20,000 nt of DNA from an uncultured virus (IMG/VR IMGVR_UViG_3300027751_000011) (Duplodnaviria > Heunggongvirae > Uroviricota > Caudoviricetes), in IMG/VR virus record IMGVR_UViG_3300027751_000011, one strand, 5' to 3'. Each line of letters begins with the position of its first letter. Position 1 is the stretch's first letter. The notes under the pieces were generated by a model. The model was given only the letters and a program-made list of their open reading frames with translations. It searched no databases and was not told where the DNA came from. The position numbers were made by a program, and so were the translations under genes. Shown here in pieces: positions 9,211-17,687 of this stretch.

Positions 9211-10596
9211 TTAGAGTTTAATAACTACTTTAATATCTTCAGTTTGAGCTGCATCTCGTGGGAGTTTTTGTCTGTTATTTAAAAAGAGTAACTCTCCAGA
9301 ATATATATCAATCTCTCCAGCGACAATATCAGATATAGTAAATGTTCCAGCTTTACCTGTTATAGTTACGGTTTCTCCGATAGTAAAGTTCGAAAATCCA
9401 GTTTCTTCATTTTGATGATACCAAATTGTAGAAATACCATCAAAATAGTCTATATATCCGCTGGCACTACCCGCTCCATTAATTGTTACGTCGTTGGCCC
9501 AAGAAAGCTCAGATATGGTTTCACTTAATACTATCTGCTTAACTGCTCTACCTTGTGTTTCAGTAAATAACGCACCGCCAGGTTGCTTAATATTTTTTAA
9601 TAAGCCTATCTGTCTATACTCGTTATCAACTATCCAATCACCAGATACGTCGCCTTCGGGTTTGATATTAAACATTATGCTTGTAGATCGTAGATCCGAT
9701 CTAGCATCTGCACCAATTCCTCCTTCAACAGCAAAAATGGGAAATACCTCTGCACTTGCTCCACTTGTTAAATTAGTTTGATCTACTGTTATTGAGGCTT
9801 GATTATACCCTGATCCTAAATCTGATACAATATTAGTAACGGCCGAACTTGTTCCAACTTGAACTGCAGCAAGCTTTCCGGTATTATCTAAAATAGCGTG
9901 TGCATTTGCTCCAGTACCGTCACCAACTACTGTAAGGCTAGGAGCTGCCGAGTAAACACCGCTGTTACTTTTAACTCTATAACCTATAATTTGTCCATCA
10001 ATTGATGCATCCTGCACAGCTTTTTGAGGAGCTTCAGGATCAGTTGGCGCAGCATCAATTACGAACTTGACAGGCATAAAGTTAGAAGTTAAAAATCTAT
10101 TTGCATCAGCAGTAGTAATAGTATACATGTACTTCCATATATATCCATCATTTTCAACCGGCAAAGTAGTATCTGTATGGTCTGGAAGGAAATTAGATAC
10201 GACCGGAGATCCAAAACTATTTTTACCTTGACGAATACAAACATAAACATGGTTATCAGCTGTTTTAACGTAGTAACCAGGAGTTGGCTGACCAACTTGG
10301 TTGTCATTAAAAGAAGGGTAAACGGTATTGGTTGTCCAATCAGTTAAAGGTACAACGAAAGAAAAAGCTTCAACTGCTTTTACAGATTGCATATTATATC
10401 TAAATAGTCTTCTATCTCTTTCAGTATTGCTGGGATCAGGCGTGACATCAGTGCCCAGTGCTGGCTGCCAAATTTGAGAGTGCCCTACGCCGATATAGAA
10501 ATAGTTATCGGAATCACCAAGGTTTATGCCCTCATTTTCATCGAATACCTGTTGTGTAAATTGTCTTTTTATTCTGTCTGTAATAATTGCTGGCAT
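9211..10596 (-). CDS. gp8: Baseplate wedge subunit gp8
   Basis: MPAIITDRIK start, YFYIGVG, W...TVY..F, YYV.T....VYVCI, DGYIWKYMYTI, FLTSNFMPV, NEYRQIGLLKN, YSGELLFLNNR...R...QTEDIKVVIKL terminus; all typical of cyanophage-type gp8. Confidence 0.9.
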   Translation of the reverse strand: MPAIITDRIKRQFTQQVFDENEGINLGDSDNYFYIGVGHSQIWQPALGTDVTPDPSNTERDRRLFRYNMQSVKAVEAFSFVVPLTDWTTNTVYPSFNDNQVGQPTPGYYVKTADNHVYVCIRQGKNSFGSPVVSNFLPDHTDTTLPVENDGYIWKYMYTITTADANRFLTSNFMPVKFVIDAAPTDPEAPQKAVQDASIDGQIIGYRVKSNSGVYSAAPSLTVVGDGTGANAHAILDNTGKLAAVQVGTSSAVTNIVSDLGSGYNQASITVDQTNLTSGASAEVFPIFAVEGGIGADARSDLRSTSIMFNIKPEGDVSGDWIVDNEYRQIGLLKNIKQPGGALFTETQGRAVKQIVLSETISELSWANDVTINGAGSASGYIDYFDGISTIWYHQNEETGFSNFTIGETVTITGKAGTFTISDIVAGEIDIYSGELLFLNNRQKLPRDAAQTEDIKVVIKL

Positions 10597-10606
10597 TGTC
10601 TATTTC

Positions 10607-11608
10607 CTATACGACTGCGTATCCATAACCACCTACTATAATCCATCCACTTGTAGTATTCCATATAAGATGAACTGAATCGAGAGGATCAAAATTTATG
10701 CTTGTTCCGTGAGCGAGTGTGTCGGGTGTTAAACTTACTGTTCCAGTTCCTCCAGCGACTCTCGTGAATATTTTTGTTTCGCCCTGAAAGGTTCCATCTG
10801 CTAGTTGTACTGTGCCAGAAGATGTTCCTGTAAGAACTATATATCCGTATTCTTGGTCTGCTGCGGTTCCATTTGCTGCAGTAGCCGATTGTACACCAAC
10901 TTTATCTGCTACTACAACACCAATTCCCTTAGGCCTTAAAATCAGGTTTACGTTATTATCAGCCCCAATAGCTTCGATAATCGGAGAAGAACCGGTAGCT
11001 GTATCTGATACTTTAATGTTATTTCTCGAAGAAGTAAAGTCATCAGTAAAAGATATTACTGAGTTCCCAATAGAATCTGCTAAATATTGGTGAACTCTTG
11101 CTTGCTGTATGATTGGATCAAACAGTGTTTTATTCGTAAGAGTACCTGCAGCATCATTTAAAACTAAAGTATCATCTGCTGTTAAAGATGGAATACCAAC
11201 GTCTTGATTTGCAGTTAATGCACCCGCAACAAAATTGTAAGCGTGACTGAGGTCATTATCTTTTATACTTAAATTAAGTATAGAAGGATTATTTAAATCA
11301 GCACTATCTACGGTTTTATTTCTTAAGGTTTGTGTCGCAACATCAACTACTATGTTACCAGCCGAATCTGGAAAATCAATACTAATTTCTTGTGTAGGAT
11401 CTGCTGCTCCTATTTTAGTTCTAGCAGTAACACCAATTATATCAAAACCACTGTCTGTAAGAGAAGTCGTATTAGGACCTACTACCTCACCGCCTAAAAT
11501 GTTGTATAATTCTGTAAAATTGGCATTCATTTTTAAGCCTGCAGCACGTAAGGTATCTCCGGTCCTATCATTTGCCGCTGCGCCTACATTGATTGTCTGT
11601 CTCGCCAT
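10607..11608 (-). CDS. Baseplate wedge / tail-fibre connector, gp9/gp10-like N-terminus with fibre-like repeats (333 aa)
   Basis: MARQTINVGAAANDRTGDTLRAAGLKMNANFTELY is the T4 gp9/gp10 N-terminal motif; QTLRNKT/GTLTNKTL fibre repeats; preceded by a late promoter. Confidence 0.8.
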   Translation of the reverse strand: MARQTINVGAAANDRTGDTLRAAGLKMNANFTELYNILGGEVVGPNTTSLTDSGFDIIGVTARTKIGAADPTQEISIDFPDSAGNIVVDVATQTLRNKTVDSADLNNPSILNLSIKDNDLSHAYNFVAGALTANQDVGIPSLTADDTLVLNDAAGTLTNKTLFDPIIQQARVHQYLADSIGNSVISFTDDFTSSRNNIKVSDTATGSSPIIEAIGADNNVNLILRPKGIGVVVADKVGVQSATAANGTAADQEYGYIVLTGTSSGTVQLADGTFQGETKIFTRVAGGTGTVSLTPDTLAHGTSINFDPLDSVHLIWNTTSGWIIVGGYGYAVV

Positions 11609-11634
11609 AACTTACTCTCTAATTTGGTTTATAG

Positions 11635-11642
11635 TATTTATA
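11635..11642 (-). promoter_or_regulatory. T4-type late promoter TATAAATA
   Basis: Exact consensus on the coding strand in the 38-nt intergenic gap, 26 nt before the ATG at 11608. Confidence 0.85.
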
Positions 11643-11646
11643 CATG

Positions 11647-12702
11647 CTAAAGTGGATAATCCGCTGAATCAGCACTATTAACAGCGTCAAATACGGTTGA
11701 GAATTTGCCCATATCCATTGTAGCAAATATGGCTGTTTCGGCAGAGTCTTGATCCACTGTAAGTATAAGTTCTGAAGTATCTCCAGAATCATCCATCAAG
11801 GTACCTGCAAATCCAGTAATATCAAACACAGATCTATCTGCATCCATATTTCCGATTTGAATATCTGAAGTATTAGAAACTGTAGCTTCTGTTGTAATTC
11901 TAACTATACCTAAATCGCTATCATGTAAAAGCAGTGTTTCTGAAGTATCTGCTGTAACACCTAGCTCTGCTTCAAGTTCAACTAGTAATAACTCATCAGG
12001 TTCATCTATAATTTCAGATTGCTGTATCTGAAGTCCATCAGTATTAACAAGTTCTAATAAAAGTTCAGCTCCAAGAAAAACTCCTGCAGGATGTACAAAC
12101 AATTTATAGGTATCTACCCACTCATTTAAAGGTATGCCTATTCGAATAAGTACAGACAATACTTGATAAAGTTTATCATCTGTAATAAACTTACGCGACT
12201 CTGGGCCTATTACAGAAGCCTGGGTCTTTATCTGTTGGCCATTACCATTAACATCACTTAGATCATAGTCTATAGCTGGCCCAACTTTAAATACATTATC
12301 TTTTGGATATATAATTTGCGGGTCTTCACCAAAAAATCCTCTAAAGAACTGCTCAATGCTATATTTAGTACCCTTTGACCTGTACAGAGTATTAGAAAAC
12401 TTTATAGCTTCTCTTTTATTAATGAACCCGCCAAAATACGCTTGACCCAATAGAAGCTCGTCTTCAAGATACTGTAATAAATCAACTGGTACTTGAGTAG
12501 CGTCTCGAGAAGAGTTTAGTCTTTTAATTTTACCAGAAGGGTTATCAGCTGATTCCATCCATTCATAATAAGCTTCAAATAACTTTATTAAGTTTGGATA
12601 ATCCGTTTTAAAATGATCTGGTAAAACATTTCCAATATCACTTCTTAAGAAGCTTAAGTCTGTTCGATTATTATCGAGAAGGGTTTTATCATTAGTAGAC
12701 AT
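11647..12702 (-). CDS. gp7: Baseplate wedge initiator gp7-like, short form (351 aa)
   Basis: LPDHFKTDYPNLIKLFEAYYEWME, LYRSKGTKYSIEQFFRGFFGED, YKLFVHPAG motifs; directly after gp6 with TAATG coupling. Confidence 0.75.
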   Translation of the reverse strand: MSTNDKTLLDNNRTDLSFLRSDIGNVLPDHFKTDYPNLIKLFEAYYEWMESADNPSGKIKRLNSSRDATQVPVDLLQYLEDELLLGQAYFGGFINKREAIKFSNTLYRSKGTKYSIEQFFRGFFGEDPQIIYPKDNVFKVGPAIDYDLSDVNGNGQQIKTQASVIGPESRKFITDDKLYQVLSVLIRIGIPLNEWVDTYKLFVHPAGVFLGAELLLELVNTDGLQIQQSEIIDEPDELLLVELEAELGVTADTSETLLLHDSDLGIVRITTEATVSNTSDIQIGNMDADRSVFDITGFAGTLMDDSGDTSELILTVDQDSAETAIFATMDMGKFSTVFDAVNSADSADYPL

Positions 12703-14729
12703 TAGTTGATTGCACTTACTGTTACTGCAGTTGTGGTTGACCTATCTTTATCAAAATTTAATATTTCATTTCGCGTAGGAGCTATTGCACTTTGGTTAGA
12801 TGGTACCGCCGCCAGTTTTATAAGGTTAAGTCCAGCCGATATACTAGTAGGATTAAAATTGTTGATAGTAACTATTCCATCAACTGCATTAAAGTTACCT
12901 ATATTGTCAACTAGTATATCGTCACCAGCAGAAGCTACAATCTGTATAATATTTGTAGACAACTTATTTCGTAGCAAGCATGTTGTACCTTGATAAGTAA
13001 AAGCATTACTCGTAATGATATATTCGTTGTCATCTGGTATAGCAATAGGAACTGGAAATTGAAGGTTTACACTCTTATTCACTGCAACGGCTTTTAATGT
13101 ATCAACAATATATGCAAAATTCTCGTTGCTAATATCTAGTTGGATCATTAGGTTAGCAGCATCTTCATATCTGCCTTCAACAACATTATTAACTATAGTA
13201 TCAAACGATGATTCTACTCTATTTCCTATTAAAACAGATCTAGCCGCAGGAGCTATTAAAAGAGAATTAATGACCAATATTAAGTTTGGTGAGGTAGGAG
13301 TAAACCTTTGCTGCATTCTTATATTAGATCTAGATGAAAGAATAGCTGGAGAAGAAGCATCGACTTCTGTTAGTACGTTTGATCTCCTAAATGCTTGCTT
13401 AAAGCCACCAGTGTTGTCTGTAAAGTACCCCGCAATAATATTGTTTACATTATTTTGTACGGCATTTAAAGTTAAGTCGGTAAGCTTAGGGTTAAATTGA
13501 AAGAATGTATCAGTTTCAATAAAAGTCTCAATAGGATCTATGAATCTAATATTAAATGAAACTATTGATAATTGTGCAGCTAAATTTCTTATAGCCTGTT
13601 TAGTAGTAGAGATAGTATCTGCAGTTACTCCATTTTCAAACAGGATAGAAATATATACCGCACCAAATTCTGGATTAACAGCTTCTTCGCCACCCCATGA
13701 AGCTATATCTTCAATGAGTGTAGAATAGCTTTGTAAGATAAGTGAAGAATAGTCTCCGGCAGTAACCATCCTATTCTGAGTAGCGTATTGAAACGGAGCG
13801 TTTTTCCTAATTGACTCTATTGATTCTTTATTATCACCACCTATAGAATTTACGTATGTTACTACGTTTAAGTCTGCTGATATATTACCCTGAGAAAACT
13901 GAGATGCAGGAGTAAAATCTGAGGCTCCATTTGCAGTAGCGCCTTTTACTGAAAGATAGCTAATTTCAATTCTGCTACCTGTAGTTGGAGCGATACCAAA
14001 CGTTTCGCCATCACCAAACGATAGATCAAAATACCCATTTGGCGATTCTTTTAAAATATATATCGTCGAGTTAGCGCTAATCGAAGTAGCGCCTGAAATA
14101 TTTTGGTACTGAGTAAAATCTGAAGATACTCCAGAAGCATATACCTTTACGGTGACAGTATCGGCATCAATAGTTGTATCAGGTATAACATACACTGGGT
14201 TGTCTTGATATTCACCTACTAAAAATGTTTTAGTTCTCAAAGAACCTTCAAAAATAGAAATCCTATTAGAACCATCATTAGTTTTAAACTCATAAAACCC
14301 TGTTCCGTCATCAATAGCTTCAAAAGGTTGTACAGTTTGAAACGAATAAGAGGTATCATCTACGCTTGTAGTAAATTTAGTATAGGCTGGTAAGGATACT
14401 GTTTCTTCTCTTCCTGCAGCACTCGAATTAAATGTTAACCTTACCTTCGCTTGTGCAGCAGTATCAGTATCTGGAACATAACCGATTCCTTCAGATAATG
14501 ATACCACTGAACTTCTTAATTGTGCTGTTGGTAGGTAAGATTCGTTAAGAGCAAAATTTGCTATTAAAGCATTAAGATGAGTATTATATGCTAATACATC
14601 AAGAATATTAGAAAGGCCAGATGCCTCAAAATTGTAGTCTCTAAACTCATCTTTATTAGCAAGATAGTCCTTTAAATTGCTTTTAATATTATTAAAGTCT
14701 AAAGCTGATGATTTTATAGTTGTGGCCAT
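12702..14729 (-). CDS. gp6: Baseplate wedge subunit gp6
   Basis: LDFNNIKSNLKDYL...FRDYNFEASGLSNILDVLAYNTH...NESYLPTAQLRSSVVS, FGDG..G..P, GGDNKESIESIRKNAPFQYATQNRMVTAGDY, WGGEE..P.FGAVYISI. Confidence 0.95.
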   Translation of the reverse strand: MATTIKSSALDFNNIKSNLKDYLANKDEFRDYNFEASGLSNILDVLAYNTHLNALIANFALNESYLPTAQLRSSVVSLSEGIGYVPDTDTAAQAKVRLTFNSSAAGREETVSLPAYTKFTTSVDDTSYSFQTVQPFEAIDDGTGFYEFKTNDGSNRISIFEGSLRTKTFLVGEYQDNPVYVIPDTTIDADTVTVKVYASGVSSDFTQYQNISGATSISANSTIYILKESPNGYFDLSFGDGETFGIAPTTGSRIEISYLSVKGATANGASDFTPASQFSQGNISADLNVVTYVNSIGGDNKESIESIRKNAPFQYATQNRMVTAGDYSSLILQSYSTLIEDIASWGGEEAVNPEFGAVYISILFENGVTADTISTTKQAIRNLAAQLSIVSFNIRFIDPIETFIETDTFFQFNPKLTDLTLNAVQNNVNNIIAGYFTDNTGGFKQAFRRSNVLTEVDASSPAILSSRSNIRMQQRFTPTSPNLILVINSLLIAPAARSVLIGNRVESSFDTIVNNVVEGRYEDAANLMIQLDISNENFAYIVDTLKAVAVNKSVNLQFPVPIAIPDDNEYIITSNAFTYQGTTCLLRNKLSTNIIQIVASAGDDILVDNIGNFNAVDGIVTINNFNPTSISAGLNLIKLAAVPSNQSAIAPTRNEILNFDKDRSTTTAVTVSAIN

Positions 14730-14730
14730 A

Positions 14731-15177
14731 TTACCTTAACCTTGATAGCGAAGTCGTAAATACCACAACTTCTTCTGAGTTTATAATTTGAAATTCTATC
14801 ATAACGTTTATAGAATTTTGTGATTCTTTATAACTTACCTGTACATCTCTAACTATGGCTCTAGGCTCGTATATTTGAATAGCATTAAATATATTTTCTT
14901 TTATTTCATCTTCAACATCTTCATCTACAAGTTCAAATAAGAGGCTTGTAATATCACCGCCATAAAAAAGCTCAAAGGGTTTTTCATAGAAATTAGTAAG
15001 AATAAGATTTTTTACAGCCTGTTTAACGGCTGCAGCTTCTTTTTTAACAAATATCTCACCATTCGCCTTTGCAGTAAACGAAAGATCTATATCTCTATAT
15101 TCTACGCTTCTACTTGCATTGATAGTAGACCTGCTAAGATCTCCGTCTTCTCTTGATAATATTCTTGCAGTAGCCAT
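14731..15177 (-). CDS. gp25: Baseplate wedge subunit gp25 (GPW/gp25 family)
   Basis: YRDIDLSF, AVKQAVKNLILTNFYEKPF...GGDITSLLFE, IQIYEPRA, ends LSRLR; immediately upstream of gp6. Confidence 0.95.
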   Translation of the reverse strand: MATARILSREDGDLSRSTINASRSVEYRDIDLSFTAKANGEIFVKKEAAAVKQAVKNLILTNFYEKPFELFYGGDITSLLFELVDEDVEDEIKENIFNAIQIYEPRAIVRDVQVSYKESQNSINVMIEFQIINSEEVVVFTTSLSRLR

Positions 15178-15192
15178 AAAAGTTCTCTGTTT

Positions 15193-15210
15193 TATTTAGT
15201 GTTATTTATA
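15193..15210 (-). promoter_or_regulatory. T4-type late promoter TATAAATA (15203-15210) followed by a variant ACTAAATA (15193-15200)
   Basis: Coding strand reads TTATAAATAACACTAAATAAAACAGAGAACTTTT-ATG; the consensus overlaps the TAA stop of the gp5-C gene and lies 25 nt before the gp25 ATG. Confidence 0.85.
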
Positions 15211-17686
15211 AGGCTTTAGCAAAAGAAACATCAAAACCTTTACTCCAAGTTCCAGCAGATCCTGCACCGCCCTGTCTCCATGCACTCTCATCATAATGAA
15301 TAAACCCAGTCCTCTCGGTCACTCCCTCAACGGTCCTTTCTGAAGAATAACCGCCAATACCGGGACGAACTCCACGTGCCTTTGCGTTCTTAACTAAAAT
15401 ACGAATATACCGTTGGTAGAGGGATGCGTTTTCTGACGGCATTATTCTGACGCCATTTAGCATTAAATAATGATCAGCTGCTTCTCCAGTTGGATGATTT
15501 TTAGTTCCTGTGGCTCTTCTAGCTCTACCGCCGTTTGATGTAATTTGAGCGGTATATTCTGGCCCAAGTTCACGAACAGCAGCCGCAATCGCATCAACAA
15601 TATTTTGATTAGGCCAGTATATTCTGTTGCTACCTCGTTCGTGAGTTACAGCTCCATCAGCTGGAGGAACCGCTCTTTTAGCTATAGCTCTTTCCTCAAG
15701 AACTGAATTATCTTCGAGTAAACACTCTATTAACTCTCCTTCTGCTAATAGCTGTCTATTATACTCGGTAGATACTTTTCTTCTAAACGTTCCGCTCCAA
15801 TTATCATCGATTAGTGGCAAGATCATTATGAGTCTGGAATTTAATACAGGATTGTCTGATGTACATTCTAAGGTATCATATGAAAGAATCATCTTATCAA
15901 AAAATGCTACATCTTTTAGATATTCGGCTATATCAAATAAATCTAAATTATTTGGTTTGCCGGTTTTATCAATAGATTTGTAGATAACTGCTCTACCACT
16001 TGACTTTAAATCATTAATACTTCCAGGAGTTATTACTTCTGAAGGACCAGGTTTATAGATCCCCTCTGAAACAATAAGATTTACTCCTTTAAACTTATCA
16101 GTATTGTCTTGGATCTTTTTAATAATAAGATTTTGAATATAAAGATTTTTAGCTATGTTTCTTTTAACGCTTAAAGCTTTTATGTATTTAAGATTAGTGG
16201 CGTCATCAGTTCCCAAGAACTTAGATATAGTAGTATCTTCAGACAATTTAGTCTTAATTGTAATATCATCCTGTCTAAGAGGATTATACTTATCCTCAGG
16301 AATAATACTTACCACTTTATTTTTAGGTATATAAGTAGCTGCAATTTGAGGCGAATATATGTTTGCTGGCACGTTGCTAATGACAGGAGTCGATTCCTGC
16401 TTAATAGTCCTACCTATTCTTTTTGGTGTAGGATTATTATATTCAGAACATATAATATTTTCTTTAAGTAGCTGCGCTACAAACTGTGTGTTTCCCGAAT
16501 TAGCAGCATCTCTCAGTTTTGATCTAGCCTTTCCTGTAGTCATCTCTCCTGTAGAAATACCACCATAACCCTGTGACTTGTCGATAAAGTTCTTTAAGTA
16601 GTCGCCCTTGTCAATGATCACCTTACGAATACCACCTGCGGCCTTAAGCAAGTATGTAAGAACATTTGTCGAAGTTGGCGTAGTGATAGTAGGAGTCGCA
16701 GTATTAGTAATACTACCTGCAGTTCCTGTAACTGCTTCTCCATAGTCTTGAGACTGAGTTACTGTTGAAGTAGTCGCAGTTCCATCTAGGTCTCCATGGA
16801 ATGTCGGGGCAGTGATACCCTTATCAAACACAGCGCCGTTACCCACAAAGTTAACGGCAGTGCCACCTATGACTCCACTACCACCTTGTACAGTCATATT
16901 TTGTGCTGAAGCAGTCACGTTATCTGAAGCAATATTAATGTAGTCCTGTGAGGTGATGTTCATTTCACCACTAGAGAATAAACCAACATTACCGTTAACG
17001 TTATAATCAAGATTACCTTTGACATTGTGTTGATGCCCACCTAAGAACATATCTGTGACTAAACCAGTTGAGTAGGTCGTTATCGGACCTGTAACAGAAG
17101 TTTGTAATCCGTTGCCAACATTCTTTTCTTCTGATCCCTTTACAGTCTCTACTTTATTACCATTCACTGTAACATTGTAATCTAAACAATCGACATTAAA
17201 CTCGCCTACAACCTTTATATTTAGGTTGCCTTTATATACTAGCTGTGCATCACCTTCAACGATAACATCATTAGTACCACCGATTATTTCAACTTTACGC
17301 TTTTTAGTGCTAACTACTATGCTTCCGTCTGGAGTTAATTCTATGCCGCTACCTTCAGAATGTTTTATAAGAATACGCTCGTTTCCATCAGTATCATCTA
17401 TTTCCCACACGTGACCCTTTTCAGATTTAGATACCTGATTTTTACCATACTGTGAAGGAACTTTAACTCCAGTAGATAATTCTATGTCTTCAAACTGTGA
17501 GAAAAGTTCTAGATCATTTCTCGCAACGCCTCGTGCTTCTTTTGCAATATTACTTGAAAAGAAATAGCTTGTTTTTGGATACTCACCAGTGGGATCTTCT
17601 GGAAGATTTTTAGATTTATCAGATGCTCTTGAATCAATAGCTTGCTGCGTAAGTGATGATAGATTGTTTTCATATTGTTCGGCCAT
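15206..17686 (-). CDS. gp5: Baseplate hub/central spike gp5 C-terminal part: beta-helix + degenerate M15-like domain + C-terminal M15-type Zn peptidase (826 aa)
   Basis: DPTGEYP, SQYGKNQVSKSEKGHVWEIDDTDGNERILIKHSEGSGIELTPDGS matches T4 gp5 YPY.H...TESGH..EFDDTPG.ER....H..G...E..PDG; V.G repeats (VEGDAQLVYKGNLNIKVVGEFNV, VNGNKVETVKGSEEKNV). C-terminus has TKNHPTGEAAD (H-x6-D) and GIGGY...FIHYD. Confidence 0.85.
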   Translation of the reverse strand: MAEQYENNLSSLTQQAIDSRASDKSKNLPEDPTGEYPKTSYFFSSNIAKEARGVARNDLELFSQFEDIELSTGVKVPSQYGKNQVSKSEKGHVWEIDDTDGNERILIKHSEGSGIELTPDGSIVVSTKKRKVEIIGGTNDVIVEGDAQLVYKGNLNIKVVGEFNVDCLDYNVTVNGNKVETVKGSEEKNVGNGLQTSVTGPITTYSTGLVTDMFLGGHQHNVKGNLDYNVNGNVGLFSSGEMNITSQDYINIASDNVTASAQNMTVQGGSGVIGGTAVNFVGNGAVFDKGITAPTFHGDLDGTATTSTVTQSQDYGEAVTGTAGSITNTATPTITTPTSTNVLTYLLKAAGGIRKVIIDKGDYLKNFIDKSQGYGGISTGEMTTGKARSKLRDAANSGNTQFVAQLLKENIICSEYNNPTPKRIGRTIKQESTPVISNVPANIYSPQIAATYIPKNKVVSIIPEDKYNPLRQDDITIKTKLSEDTTISKFLGTDDATNLKYIKALSVKRNIAKNLYIQNLIIKKIQDNTDKFKGVNLIVSEGIYKPGPSEVITPGSINDLKSSGRAVIYKSIDKTGKPNNLDLFDIAEYLKDVAFFDKMILSYDTLECTSDNPVLNSRLIMILPLIDDNWSGTFRRKVSTEYNRQLLAEGELIECLLEDNSVLEERAIAKRAVPPADGAVTHERGSNRIYWPNQNIVDAIAAAVRELGPEYTAQITSNGGRARRATGTKNHPTGEAADHYLMLNGVRIMPSENASLYQRYIRILVKNAKARGVRPGIGGYSSERTVEGVTERTGFIHYDESAWRQGGAGSAGTWSKGFDVSFAKAL

Positions 17687-17687
17687 A

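Noticed and set aside
4999..10307. Short nested minus-strand ORFs 4999-5199, 5520-5720, 10089-10307
   Set aside because: Alternative frames inside longer conserved genes, with no recognisable motif.
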